A stretch of DNA of 64,000 nucleotides from Lachnospiraceae bacterium UBA2864. Lineage in GTDB: Bacteria > Bacillota > Clostridia > Lachnospirales > Lachnospiraceae. The translations under genes were made by a program, and so were the position numbers. The DNA is taken from NCBI GenBank assembly GCA_002350525.1, contig DEFA01000013.1, positions 9,995 through 73,994 of the forward strand, given 5' to 3'. Shown one piece after another: positions 50,436 through 59,660 of the stretch; position 1 is the stretch's first letter, and each line of letters begins with the position of its first letter. Below the pieces are notes generated by a model that saw only the letters and a program-made list of their open reading frames with translations, ran no database searches and was not told where the DNA came from.

Positions 50436-51494
50436 ATGAGTGAGATAATAGATAATGCCAGAGAGATAATCTCCGGATATAAGGGGAAGAAGCTTCGTAT
50501 CATGGAGGTCTGCGGAACTCATACTCATGAGATCTTCAGACTCGGAATCAGGAGCCTCCTGCCGCCGGATATAGATCTTATATCGGGACCGGGATGTCCT
50601 GTCTGCGTAACACCCGTAGGCTTTATAGATGAGGCGATATACCTTGCACTTGAGAAGAACTGTACCATATGCACCTTCGGAGACCTCATCAAGGTTCCGG
50701 GAACAAAGCAGAATCTTGCGGGAGCAAGAGCGGACGGAGCCGATGTTCGTCCTGTATATTCACCTGACGATGCGGTCGAGTTGGCAAAGGAGAATCCGGA
50801 GCTTCAGGTGGTATTCCTTGCGGTAGGTTTTGAGACCACAACTCCTTCAGCATGTCTTGCCGTGAAGAAGGCAGAGCGTCTTGGACTTAAGAATTTCTCG
50901 ATCCTTACAGCCAACAAAACTATGCCGAATGCATACCAGAAGCTTAAGGGAAGTGCTGACGCCTTCCTCTATCCGGGACACGTAAATGCCATTACCGGCA
51001 ACGCAACCTGTGAGAAGTTGAAGGAAGAGGGAGTATCCGGTGTTGTAGCGGGATTTACCGCAAATGAGCTTATGACGGCCCTTGCAGTAACAATAGATAA
51101 TCTTGAGAAGGGTGAGCCTTTCTTCGAGAATTGCTATCCGAGAGTCGTTAAGCCGGAAGGTAATCCTGCGGCACAGAAGATTATGAATGAGGTTATGGAA
51201 CTCTGCGATACAGAGTGGAGAGGCCTCGGTGTAATAGAAATGTCAGGCATGAAGCTCCGCGCGGAATATGCGGACTTCGATGCAAGAATAAAGCACAGCA
51301 TTCCGGAGATTAAGGGTAAGCCGAATCCGGCATGCCGCTGCGGAGAGGTTCTCCAGGGTATGTGCAAGCCGTCAGACTGTCCGATGTTCGGCAAAGTCTG
51401 TACACCGCTTCATGCAGTGGGTGCATGCATGGTATCCGACGAGGGAGCCTGTGCGGCTTATTATACATACGGTCAGTCCGTAGGATTAAAGTAA
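50436..51494 (+). CDS. hypD: hydrogenase formation protein HypD
   Basis: Motifs MEVCGTHTHEI, GPGCPVCVTP, GFETTTP, YPGHVNAI and the C-terminal Cys cluster CRCGEV..CKPSDCPMFGKVC. Confidence 0.93.
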   Translation: MSEIIDNAREIISGYKGKKLRIMEVCGTHTHEIFRLGIRSLLPPDIDLISGPGCPVCVTPVGFIDEAIYLALEKNCTICTFGDLIKVPGTKQNLAGARADGADVRPVYSPDDAVELAKENPELQVVFLAVGFETTTPSACLAVKKAERLGLKNFSILTANKTMPNAYQKLKGSADAFLYPGHVNAITGNATCEKLKEEGVSGVVAGFTANELMTALAVTIDNLEKGEPFFENCYPRVVKPEGNPAAQKIMNEVMELCDTEWRGLGVIEMSGMKLRAEYADFDARIKHSIPEIKGKPNPACRCGEVLQGMCKPSDCPMFGKVCTPLHAVGACMVSDEGACAAYYTYGQSVGLK

Positions 51495-51530
51495 GCAGAG
51501 CATTTAAAAATCATAAAGAAGGAAAAACAG

Positions 51531-52535
51531 ATGGAAGATAAGATTACACTTGCACACGGCTCCGGAGGAGTCCAGACAAATGAACTGATAGGAAGTATAT
51601 TTAAGAAGCATTTTGCAAATCCGTATCTTACGGCAGATGATGCGGCTGTTCTCGATATGACACCGGGAAAGATAGCTATGTCAACAGACGGATTTATAGT
51701 ATCACCTTACGAGTTCCCGGGCGGAAATATCGGAAAGCTTTCCATATGCGGAACCGTAAATGATGTGGCCTGCATGGGCGCAAAGCCGGAATATCTCACC
51801 TGCTCTTTCGTTATAGAAGAGGGCTTCCCGGTTGATAAACTGGAGGAGATAGCCGCTGCTATGGGGAAGACCGCAAGAGAAGCAGGAGTGAATCTCGTTG
51901 CAGGAGATACCAAGGTAGCAGGTAAGGGCCAGGTGGATAAGATATTCATCACAACAACCGGAATCGGACATATCATAGAAGGAGCGGCTACATCGGGTGC
52001 TTTTGCGAAGCCGGGAGACAAGATAATCGTAACCGGAGATATAGGACGCCACGGATGTACTATTCTTCTTGCGAGAAATGATTTTAAAATCGATGCGGAT
52101 ATAACAAGTGACTGCGCACCTCTCGCTAAGAATGTGGAGGCGGTACTTGAAGCAACCAAGGACGTACATGTTATCAGAGATGCCACAAGAGGAGGCGTAG
52201 GTACGGTTCTTTATGAGATTGCTGCGGAAAGTAATGTTGGAATCTCTCTTGATTCCGAGAAAATCCCGGTTCAGGACGGTGTAAGGGGAGTCTGCTCTAT
52301 GCTCGGACTTGAGCCTCTGTATCTTGCCTGCGAAGGAAGACTCGTGATCTTTGCTCCGGCATCCGAAGCGGATAAGATCCTCGATGCGCTTCATGCATGT
52401 CCGAATTCAGAGGGAGCAGCCGTTATCGGTGAAGTAACTGAAGAAAATCAGGGAAAGGTTATTCTTAATACAGCGGTAGGTGCGAAGACATTTCTCGCTC
52501 GTCCGAGTGGAGAGCTTCTGCCGAGAATCTGTTAA
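51531..52535 (+). CDS. hypE: hydrogenase expression/formation protein HypE
   Basis: PurM-like fold (ITLAHGSGG.., GDTKVA) and the diagnostic C-terminal PRIC*. Confidence 0.93.
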   Translation: MEDKITLAHGSGGVQTNELIGSIFKKHFANPYLTADDAAVLDMTPGKIAMSTDGFIVSPYEFPGGNIGKLSICGTVNDVACMGAKPEYLTCSFVIEEGFPVDKLEEIAAAMGKTAREAGVNLVAGDTKVAGKGQVDKIFITTTGIGHIIEGAATSGAFAKPGDKIIVTGDIGRHGCTILLARNDFKIDADITSDCAPLAKNVEAVLEATKDVHVIRDATRGGVGTVLYEIAAESNVGISLDSEKIPVQDGVRGVCSMLGLEPLYLACEGRLVIFAPASEADKILDALHACPNSEGAAVIGEVTEENQGKVILNTAVGAKTFLARPSGELLPRIC

Positions 52536-52568
52536 TTATATATCACGGGAGTTCCGGTGGTAGGATTG

Positions 52569-52841
52569 TCACTCGGAACTGCTTCCGTCTATATGACCGC
52601 TGATAAGATCTTTGGGATCGATGTTAAGTGCGTCGGAAATGTTATACAGAATTTCAAGTGAAAAAGACTGAACAAGATTCGGAGCTTCGATAGAACTTAA
52701 AAAGGAACGGCTTATGCCGGCTTTTTCAGCAAGCTCTTCCTGGGTGAGACCTTTCATTCGCCTGAGAAGACCTATATTGAGACCGAGCTTTAAAAGTCGG
52801 TCACGATTGTCGAATGAATCTGTGTTCTTCATGTGAAACAT
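52569..52841 (-). CDS. XRE family HTH transcriptional regulator (small)
   Basis: LLRRMKGLTQEELAEKAGISRSFLSSIEAPN helix-turn-helix signature. 90 aa. Confidence 0.8.
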   Translation of the reverse strand: MFHMKNTDSFDNRDRLLKLGLNIGLLRRMKGLTQEELAEKAGISRSFLSSIEAPNLVQSFSLEILYNISDALNIDPKDLISGHIDGSSSE

Positions 52842-53022
52842 TCCTTACAAATCAAAACTACACTACCACTTAATTATAAGGTTGCTTCGCATCAATATCA
52901 GCACGGTATATTGTGCAAATGTCCGATATATAAAGCAAATGACCGGAATATTAGACAAGAAAACAATATCATAAAATGATATATTATAAAAGTGTATTAT
53001 AGGGAGTTAAAAGGAGCAGCTG

Positions 53023-53919
53023 ATGGGGAAGAGATGTAAGACTGTTTTGTTATTATCGGTTATGATATTCTGTATGGTTTCCTGTGGTAAAAAGGAAGAG
53101 GAAGTAACAAAGACAGCTGCCGGAACGGCTGAGGAGCAGACGTCTGATATAGAAGAATTATCTGTGACCGAAGCGGAAGTAACAGAAGAAGAGGCAGAAG
53201 AAGTAACCGAAAAAGTAACAGAAGAAGCAACTGAGACGGATAAGACCGAAGCAGATAAGACCGGGGAAGATAGTGATGAAAATACGGAAGGAGAGGAAAT
53301 TATGGGGGCAGCAAAGATTTATTATCAGGGACATGCAAGTATGAGGATTACTACGGCAGAAGGAAAGACAATCTATGTCGATCCTTTCATGGGAGACGGA
53401 TATGATGTTCCTGCGGACCTTATACTCGAAACACACGATCATTATGATCATACACAGGTAAGTCTTATAGAGTCAAAGAATCCGGATTGTACAACCATAA
53501 CATGGAAGGAAGCTCTTGAGGGCGGAGAGCACAGAAACTTTGATCTTGGATATGTTAAGGTTGAAGCGGTTGAAGCAGGTTATAACAAGAACCATGACGT
53601 TAAAAGCTGTGTAGGATATATACTTACATTTTCAAACGGAGCGACCCTTTATCTTTCGGGAGATACATCAACAACTCCTCAGATGAAGGAACTGAGAGAC
53701 AGAAATCTCGATTATGCGTTTTTCTGCTGTGACGGTGTTTACAACATGGATATGAAAGAGGCGATTGAATGTGCGAAGACAGTAAATGCAAAGCACAGCA
53801 TACCTTATCATATGGTACCGTCTCAGAATTCCAACGGCTTCGACAGGGCTGTGGCCGAAACGTTTGATGTACCTGATCGCATAATAATCGCACCGGGTGA
53901 AGAACTCGTTCTTGAATAA
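53023..53919 (+). CDS. lipoprotein with MBL-fold metallo-hydrolase domain
   Basis: Lipobox IFCMVSCGKKE, Glu/Thr-rich linker, HxHxDH motif THDHYDH. Confidence 0.75.
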   Translation: MGKRCKTVLLLSVMIFCMVSCGKKEEEVTKTAAGTAEEQTSDIEELSVTEAEVTEEEAEEVTEKVTEEATETDKTEADKTGEDSDENTEGEEIMGAAKIYYQGHASMRITTAEGKTIYVDPFMGDGYDVPADLILETHDHYDHTQVSLIESKNPDCTTITWKEALEGGEHRNFDLGYVKVEAVEAGYNKNHDVKSCVGYILTFSNGATLYLSGDTSTTPQMKELRDRNLDYAFFCCDGVYNMDMKEAIECAKTVNAKHSIPYHMVPSQNSNGFDRAVAETFDVPDRIIIAPGEELVLE

Positions 53920-53958
53920 AGGATATATAATAAAAGAATAATAAGAGAATAATAAAAG

Positions 53959-54006
53959 ACCCGAAGCATTCACAGAGTGAAGATATGAATGCTTCGGGTT
54001 ATTTTA
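53959..54006. terminator. bidirectional hairpin terminator
   Basis: acccgaagcattca (53959-53972) pairs perfectly with tgaatgcttcgggt (53986-53999). Flanked by an A-run and a T-rich tract. Confidence 0.8.
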
Positions 54007-54987
54007 TACTACATGTTTGATCCAGGCTTCAGCCATTGCAGGCCAGAATCCGGTATCTTCAGCCAGAGTTTTGTCTATCACAAAATCTTCCGGCGGACCC
54101 GGTGGAGTTACCTCAGGGAACTGAGCTTCGAGTTCCGCACGTCTTTCGTCTGATACGTCGACTCCTTCTCCGGCCTTAACGGCTGCCACAGCCTTGAAGG
54201 TCTGCTCCATTGTGTACATTCCGCCCGACCAGCCCTTGAAGAACTCGTCATTTGCCACGGTAAGACCATGGAATCCGCGCGGGAAAACATAATGAGCAAA
54301 AGGTATCTTCTTTTTTCTGAGAGCTTCCGCCATGAGATAGCTGTTCTCTACAGGAACAAGGTCGTCTTCCTCCGTCTGCCATATAAAGCATGGAGGGGTC
54401 GAATCCTTGATCTGCTTTTCGATTGAATAATATTCCAGTTCCTCCTCTGAAGGATTTTTTCCCAAAAGTGCCTGGATAGAGTAAATGTGCGTATATTCAC
54501 CTGAAGTTATTACAGGATACGAAAGTATCGCACCGTCGGGTCTGTTGGATATATCCTTATAGGCCGGATTCGGATCTTCAATATCTTCGAAATGCACGGC
54601 AAGGCTTCCGCATACGTGTGCACCGGCGGAAAATCCGCAGATCACGAACTTCTTTCCGGATATATTATATTCTCCGGCTCTTTTTCTGATAAATCGCACG
54701 GCTCTGGAGATATCCTTAAGCGGCTGATCCTTAAGAGGAACAGACATTGTGATATCCGTCGTATAAGTAAGCACAAAGGTGTTCATACCTCTGTTAAAAA
54801 ACTCTTCCGCAACGATCTCACCTTCGTGAGGGGTACAGACGCAGTATCCGCCGCCGGGTATTACAAGCATGCAGTCACGATCTTCAGAGTCGTCGTGAAG
54901 GTAAGCATGGATATTCGGAACGAATCCGTAAGCGGCCGGGTAGCTGTATTCGCCGTTCTCCCATATGGTTTCGATAATATTCTTCAT
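54004..54987 (-). CDS. alpha/beta hydrolase (esterase/lipase family)
   Basis: Oxyanion region VIPGGGY and nucleophile elbow GFSAGAH. Confidence 0.8.
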   Translation of the reverse strand: MKNIIETIWENGEYSYPAAYGFVPNIHAYLHDDSEDRDCMLVIPGGGYCVCTPHEGEIVAEEFFNRGMNTFVLTYTTDITMSVPLKDQPLKDISRAVRFIRKRAGEYNISGKKFVICGFSAGAHVCGSLAVHFEDIEDPNPAYKDISNRPDGAILSYPVITSGEYTHIYSIQALLGKNPSEEELEYYSIEKQIKDSTPPCFIWQTEEDDLVPVENSYLMAEALRKKKIPFAHYVFPRGFHGLTVANDEFFKGWSGGMYTMEQTFKAVAAVKAGEGVDVSDERRAELEAQFPEVTPPGPPEDFVIDKTLAEDTGFWPAMAEAWIKHVV

Positions 54988-55010
54988 CGTAATGTATCCT
55001 TAATTGAGTG

Positions 55011-55259
55011 TTATTTTATCAGCTTTCTTCCTATTGCAATGATTATACATGCACCTGCAATGGATGTGATCATAGTTCCGATTATATTAGTGGATTTGAA
55101 ACCTATAAGTCCGAATACCAGACTTCCCACAAAACCACCTACGATTCCGAGGATGATATTCTTTATAGTTCCTCCGGAGCTTTTCATGATGGCTCCTGCA
55201 ATCGCACCCGAAATTCCACCGATAACAATGCCGATAGCAATTTTTAAAATAAAAAACAT
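55011..55259 (-). CDS. GlsB/YeaQ/YmgE family stress-response membrane protein
   Basis: 82 aa. Gly-rich TM repeats GIVIGGISGAIAGAI.., GIVGGFVGSLVFGLIG. Confidence 0.8.
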   Translation of the reverse strand: MFFILKIAIGIVIGGISGAIAGAIMKSSGGTIKNIILGIVGGFVGSLVFGLIGFKSTNIIGTMITSIAGACIIIAIGRKLIK

Positions 55260-55277
55260 TTTAATGACCTCCTGATT

Positions 55278-56132
55278 TTATGATTGAACTCGCAGCATTT
55301 TTCTGTAATCCCGCGGAGAACATCCTGTAATGTCGTGAAATACCTTATTAAATGCGGTTGTGGACTGGAAGCCCGACTGAAAGGCCGCATCCGTTATGGA
55401 GATGGATTCGTTGGCCAGAAGTCTGATGGCAGTCCTTACTCTTATGCCCGACAGATATGCCGGAAATGTCATCTGCATGTATTCCCTGAACAGTCTTGAG
55501 AAGTAATACGGGCTTAGTCCGATATGAGAAGCAACCTCAGTCTGAGTGAGGCTGTCTGCAGAGTGTTCGGAAATGTAACTGCAGGCTTCCTGAATATGTT
55601 TCCAGGATGCATCTGAGAGTCGCGGAGCACCGAGCTGCAGCTGCTTTTCATGCATCACATATTCTCCGATGAGAAGGATGATCTCATAGATTATGAGCTT
55701 GCAGCGGGTTTCTGCGAAATGCGGTTCCGTAACCACTATACATTTAACTTCTTCAAGCTTATCAGCAATCTTCTTAGCCAGATCCGGTTCCTTTAAATAC
55801 TCGATATGGTGATACTCGGTCATGAACTTGAACATAGAAACAATATCCAGATTATTCTCCAGAAGATCCGAAGAAAACTGGATAAAGTAGGAGCCGTTCT
55901 CGGGCACATGAACTATCTCGTGGAGTTCGCGGGGCCAGACCAAAAGGACATCCTGCTTCTGAAGAGTTATAAGTTTATCGCCTACCCGGTATTTGCATCC
56001 GTCCTTTAATGCAACAGTAAATTCCGCTTCATTATGCCAGTGCGCCGGAAAGCTTACCGGCGAAGTCCTGTCGGTCAGTAAAACACCATGTATGTCGGGA
56101 TATTTAATTATCTCACGTGGTTCTTTTTTCAT
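55278..56132 (-). CDS. AraC family transcriptional regulator (cupin sensor + HTH)
   Basis: C-terminal double HTH (LTQTEVASHIGLSPYYFSRLFREY.., ITDAAFQSGFQSTTAFNKVFHDITGCSPRDYR). ATG 56132 preferred over the upstream TTG. Confidence 0.85.
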   Translation of the reverse strand: MKKEPREIIKYPDIHGVLLTDRTSPVSFPAHWHNEAEFTVALKDGCKYRVGDKLITLQKQDVLLVWPRELHEIVHVPENGSYFIQFSSDLLENNLDIVSMFKFMTEYHHIEYLKEPDLAKKIADKLEEVKCIVVTEPHFAETRCKLIIYEIILLIGEYVMHEKQLQLGAPRLSDASWKHIQEACSYISEHSADSLTQTEVASHIGLSPYYFSRLFREYMQMTFPAYLSGIRVRTAIRLLANESISITDAAFQSGFQSTTAFNKVFHDITGCSPRDYRKMLRVQS

Positions 56133-56252
56133 AAATCTATGATAGCAAAAAATGGGCAAAATTCAATAAATATCTGCTGTTTTTTGATTCTGAGGTACAT
56201 TAAAATGTTGTTATGATTACGTTTTATTTGTTAAAAAGGAGTGATGTGAGTA

Positions 56253-56503
56253 TATGGAAAATTTTACATTTTATTCACCGACATATTTTGTATTCGGAAA
56301 GGATACTGAGAACGAAACCGGAAAATATCAGCTATACGGAACTCGGTGGTGTAAAGCCTAATCCGAGAAGCGGACTTGTCTATGAAGGAATTGATATCTG
56401 CAGACGTGAAGGAATAGATTTCATCCTTGCGGTAGGCGGCGGAAGTGTTATCGATTCATCAAAAGCTATTGCGGCAGGAACGATATATGAGGGCATGATC
56501 TGA
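56253..56503 (+). pseudogene. remnant of an iron-containing (butanol/YqhD-like) alcohol dehydrogenase
   Basis: ATG 56253 encodes MENFTFYSPTYFVFGKDTENETGKY, a typical Fe-ADH N-terminus, then hits a stop. A different frame continues with YTELGGVKPNPRSGLVYEGIDICRREGIDFILAVGGGSVIDSSKAIAAG and ends after about 95 aa. So there is an internal deletion or frameshift and loss of roughly 280 C-terminal residues. Confidence 0.75.
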
Positions 56504-56553
56504 TAGCCGGATGATGCTGAGAAGAGAGTATGTATTAGGAGGTAGGAGTTACT

Positions 56554-57576
56554 ATGAAGGCTCTTTTTATAGGCGGTACGGGAACTATCAGTACTGCGAT
56601 TGTTAAGAAACTTGCAGAGGATCCAAGCTGGGAAGTCTGGCTTATCAACAGAGGAAACCGTTCGGACGTGGTTCCGGAAGGAGTTCATCAGATCGTTGCA
56701 GATATAAACGATGAAGAAGATGTGAGGGCAAAGCTTGGCGACCTTAAGTTCGATGTAGTAAGTGAGTTTATAGGTTTCACGGTTGACAGGGTTGAGAGTG
56801 ATTACAGGCTGTTTAAGGACAGAACCGACCAGTATATGTATATAAGCTCTGCATCGGCCTACAACAAACCGGCGAGAAGCTATGTTATAACAGAGGGGAC
56901 GACGCTTGCAAATCCGCATTGGGAATATTCCAGAAACAAGATTGCCTGCGAGGAGTTCCTTATGAAGAAATATCGTGAGGAAGGTTTCCCGGTAACTATC
57001 ATAAGACCGAGTCATACTTATGATGAGAGAAATGTACCGCTCGGCGTTCACGGTAAAAAAGGTTTCTATCAGGTTATAAAACGTATGCAGGAAGGAAAGC
57101 CTGTTATTATTCAGGGAGACGGAACCTCTCTCTGGACCGTAACATTTAATAAGGATTTTGCTACAGGTTATACAGGACTTATGGGTAATCCGCATGCAAT
57201 CGGTGAAGCATTTCAGATAACCGGAGATGAGACGCTTACCTGGAATCAGATCTATGAGACTATAGCAGATGCTTTGGGAGTTGAGCTTAAGGCATATCAC
57301 ATCTCTTCGGAATATCTGAGTGCGGTAGGAGATAAGTACGGATTCGATTTTGAAGGAAGTCTTATAGGAGATAAGGCGGCTTCGGTAGTATTTGATAACA
57401 GTAAATTAAAGAGAGCGGTTCCCGATATGAAGACTACGATAAGATTCGATCAGGGTGTAAGGATAGCTCTTGATTATGTGCTCTCACATCCTGAATGTCA
57501 GGTTGAGGATGAAGAATTTGATAAGTGGTGTGACCGTGTAATAGAGGCTGTTGAAAATTCCAAGAATAGCATATAA
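56554..57576 (+). CDS. NAD-dependent epimerase/dehydratase family (extended SDR) protein
   Basis: N-terminal Rossmann motif MKALFIGGTGTIS. 340 aa. Confidence 0.8.
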   Translation: MKALFIGGTGTISTAIVKKLAEDPSWEVWLINRGNRSDVVPEGVHQIVADINDEEDVRAKLGDLKFDVVSEFIGFTVDRVESDYRLFKDRTDQYMYISSASAYNKPARSYVITEGTTLANPHWEYSRNKIACEEFLMKKYREEGFPVTIIRPSHTYDERNVPLGVHGKKGFYQVIKRMQEGKPVIIQGDGTSLWTVTFNKDFATGYTGLMGNPHAIGEAFQITGDETLTWNQIYETIADALGVELKAYHISSEYLSAVGDKYGFDFEGSLIGDKAASVVFDNSKLKRAVPDMKTTIRFDQGVRIALDYVLSHPECQVEDEEFDKWCDRVIEAVENSKNSI

Positions 57577-57626
57577 GATGTTTTTGTGGGAACAGTTAAC
57601 TATGAACAGGTTATAAGGAGGCAGGT

Positions 57627-58748
57627 ATGAGTATAGATCTTAGTGTTATGCCCAAACTGGGCTTTGGCCTTATGAGACTTCCGGAGAAAGACGGACAGAT
57701 TGATATAGACCGAGTATCGGAAATGGTTGATAAGTATATGAAAATGGATAAGCGTTACTTCGATACGGCTTATGTTTATCATGGCGGAAAGTCGGAAGTA
57801 GCTGCAAGAGAAGCGCTTGTAAAGCGTTATCCGAGAGACAGTTTTATGATCGCTACCAAGCTTCCTGCATGGGAGATAAAGCAGGAAAGCGATATAGAGA
57901 GGATATTTAACGAGCAGCTCGAGAGAGCGGGCGTTGATTATTATGATTTTTATCTTCTTCATTCAATTGAGGATGGAAACAATTACAATACCTATGTTAA
58001 GTATGACTGCTTCAAGTGGGGCGTAAAGAAGAAGGAAGAAGGCAGGATCAAACATTTCGGATTCTCTTATCACGGAAGTCCGGAGCTTCTGAAAGAGATA
58101 CTGGATGCACATCCTGAAGTTGAATTCGTTCAGATTCAGCTTAACTATCTGGACAGGACAAATCCTGTAGTAAGATCCGAAGAGCTTTATAACATTTTAC
58201 ATGAGAGAAATATTCCTATCATAGTTATGGAGCCGATCAGAGGCGGAATGCTTGCCAATATGTCGCCTGAAAATGAGGCGAGATTCAAGGCTAAGAGACC
58301 TGACAGCTCAGTGGCTTCATGGGCTCTCAGATATGTTGCATCTCTTCCGGGAGTTATGACGGTTCTTTCTGGAATGTCAACGGAAGAGCAGATGGATGAT
58401 AACATCGCTACATTTACGGACTTTGAGCCTGTTACCGAAGAGGAAATGGCTGTAATAGATGAAGTTACGGAAGATATCTTAAGCATACCGCAGATCGGAT
58501 GTACTGCATGTAAATACTGTACACCGGGATGTCCGATGCAGATAAGCATTCCTGATGTATTCAGAACCATTAATACGCTCCGCCGTTATCCGGATGACTG
58601 GAGATCCAAGAATTTCTATCAGGGTCTTATACAGAGAAGCGGCAAGGCTTCAGACTGTATAGCATGTGGTCAGTGTGAAGGCGTATGCCCTCAGCATCTG
58701 CATATTATTGACCTGCTTAAGGAAGCCTCGGAGATATTGGATGTATAA
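57627..58748 (+). CDS. aldo/keto reductase with C-terminal 2x[4Fe-4S] ferredoxin-like domain
   Basis: AKR N-terminus (GFGLMRLP, FDTAYVYHGGKSE) plus CTACKYCTPGCP and CIACGQCEGVCP. Confidence 0.85.
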   Translation: MSIDLSVMPKLGFGLMRLPEKDGQIDIDRVSEMVDKYMKMDKRYFDTAYVYHGGKSEVAAREALVKRYPRDSFMIATKLPAWEIKQESDIERIFNEQLERAGVDYYDFYLLHSIEDGNNYNTYVKYDCFKWGVKKKEEGRIKHFGFSYHGSPELLKEILDAHPEVEFVQIQLNYLDRTNPVVRSEELYNILHERNIPIIVMEPIRGGMLANMSPENEARFKAKRPDSSVASWALRYVASLPGVMTVLSGMSTEEQMDDNIATFTDFEPVTEEEMAVIDEVTEDILSIPQIGCTACKYCTPGCPMQISIPDVFRTINTLRRYPDDWRSKNFYQGLIQRSGKASDCIACGQCEGVCPQHLHIIDLLKEASEILDV

Positions 58749-58789
58749 GTTTTATCAGGGGCATACCCGGTGATAAAAGAGGAGCTGAC

Positions 58790-59614
58790 ATGAGACTTGG
58801 AACATCGTCACCGCTGGCTCATAATTCGGCCGAAGAATGGGCTGAAAACCAGGTGAAACTCGGATGCCGTGCGGTGGTTTTTCCGGTTCAGAGTAATGAA
58901 CCGGCAGATAAAATAGATGAATATAAGAATGCGGCAGAGGCTCACGGCCTCATGATTGCCGAAGTGGGGATATGGAGAAATGCTTTGGCGCAGGAACCCG
59001 GTGAGAGAGTAAAGATCAGGGATTACTGCGTCGAGCAGCTCCGGCTGGCCGATTATCTGGGAGCCAGATGTGCCGTAAATGTTGCGGGCGCAATGGGGCC
59101 GAGATGGGACGGCCATTACAGAGAAAACTTCAGTAAGGAAACACGTAGGGAGATCATCGGCATGGTACGCGAGATAATTGACCGCGCAGATGTGAAGAAT
59201 ACATATTTCACATTGGAGCCTATGCCATGGATGGTTCCGACCGGACCAAAGGACTGTCTGCAGCTTATCGAAGAGGTGGACAGAGACAGGTTTGCGGTTC
59301 ATATGGATATTATCAATATGACCAATTCCGCGGACAGATATTTTAATGCCGAGGAATTTACTGATGAGTGTGCAGAATTGCTCGGAAACAGGATCAGAAG
59401 CTGTCATATCAAGGATATACATCTGAAAGAGGAATATACGATACAGCTGGAGGAATGTGCTCCGGGTAAGGGAGAGTTTCCTCTGAGACATTACGTTGCA
59501 AAGATGAATGAGATAGATCCGGATATGCCGGTCATATTGGAACATCTGAATACGGATGAGGAATATATAACATATCTTGATTATCTTAAGAAGGAACTGA
59601 AAGGTTTATACTGA
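58790..59614 (+). CDS. sugar phosphate isomerase/epimerase (xylose isomerase-like TIM barrel)
   Basis: 274 aa. Pattern of conserved E/H/D residues (TLEPMP.., VHMDIINM, HIKD, ILEH) typical of AP_endonuc_2/TIM barrel proteins. Confidence 0.7.
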   Translation: MRLGTSSPLAHNSAEEWAENQVKLGCRAVVFPVQSNEPADKIDEYKNAAEAHGLMIAEVGIWRNALAQEPGERVKIRDYCVEQLRLADYLGARCAVNVAGAMGPRWDGHYRENFSKETRREIIGMVREIIDRADVKNTYFTLEPMPWMVPTGPKDCLQLIEEVDRDRFAVHMDIINMTNSADRYFNAEEFTDECAELLGNRIRSCHIKDIHLKEEYTIQLEECAPGKGEFPLRHYVAKMNEIDPDMPVILEHLNTDEEYITYLDYLKKELKGLY

Positions 59615-59660
59615 TCCTGCGGCATGATTGCATGCAGGAAAAGACAAAACGGAGGATGAC

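Noticed and set aside
53100-53300. Repetitive-looking GAAG/ACAGAAGAAG stretch, considered as a DNA repeat element
   Set aside because: It encodes the Glu/Thr/Ala-rich low-complexity linker of the MBL-fold lipoprotein (..EAEVTEEEAEEVTEKVTEEATETDKTEADKTGED..). Similar acidic linkers occur in the other lipoproteins. It is not a mobile or CRISPR-type repeat.
56213-56503. The 96-aa ORF-track entry read as an intact small gene
   Set aside because: Its C-terminal two-thirds is an Fe-ADH fragment, and the true Fe-ADH N-terminus is in another frame starting at 56253. It is better explained as a pseudogene.
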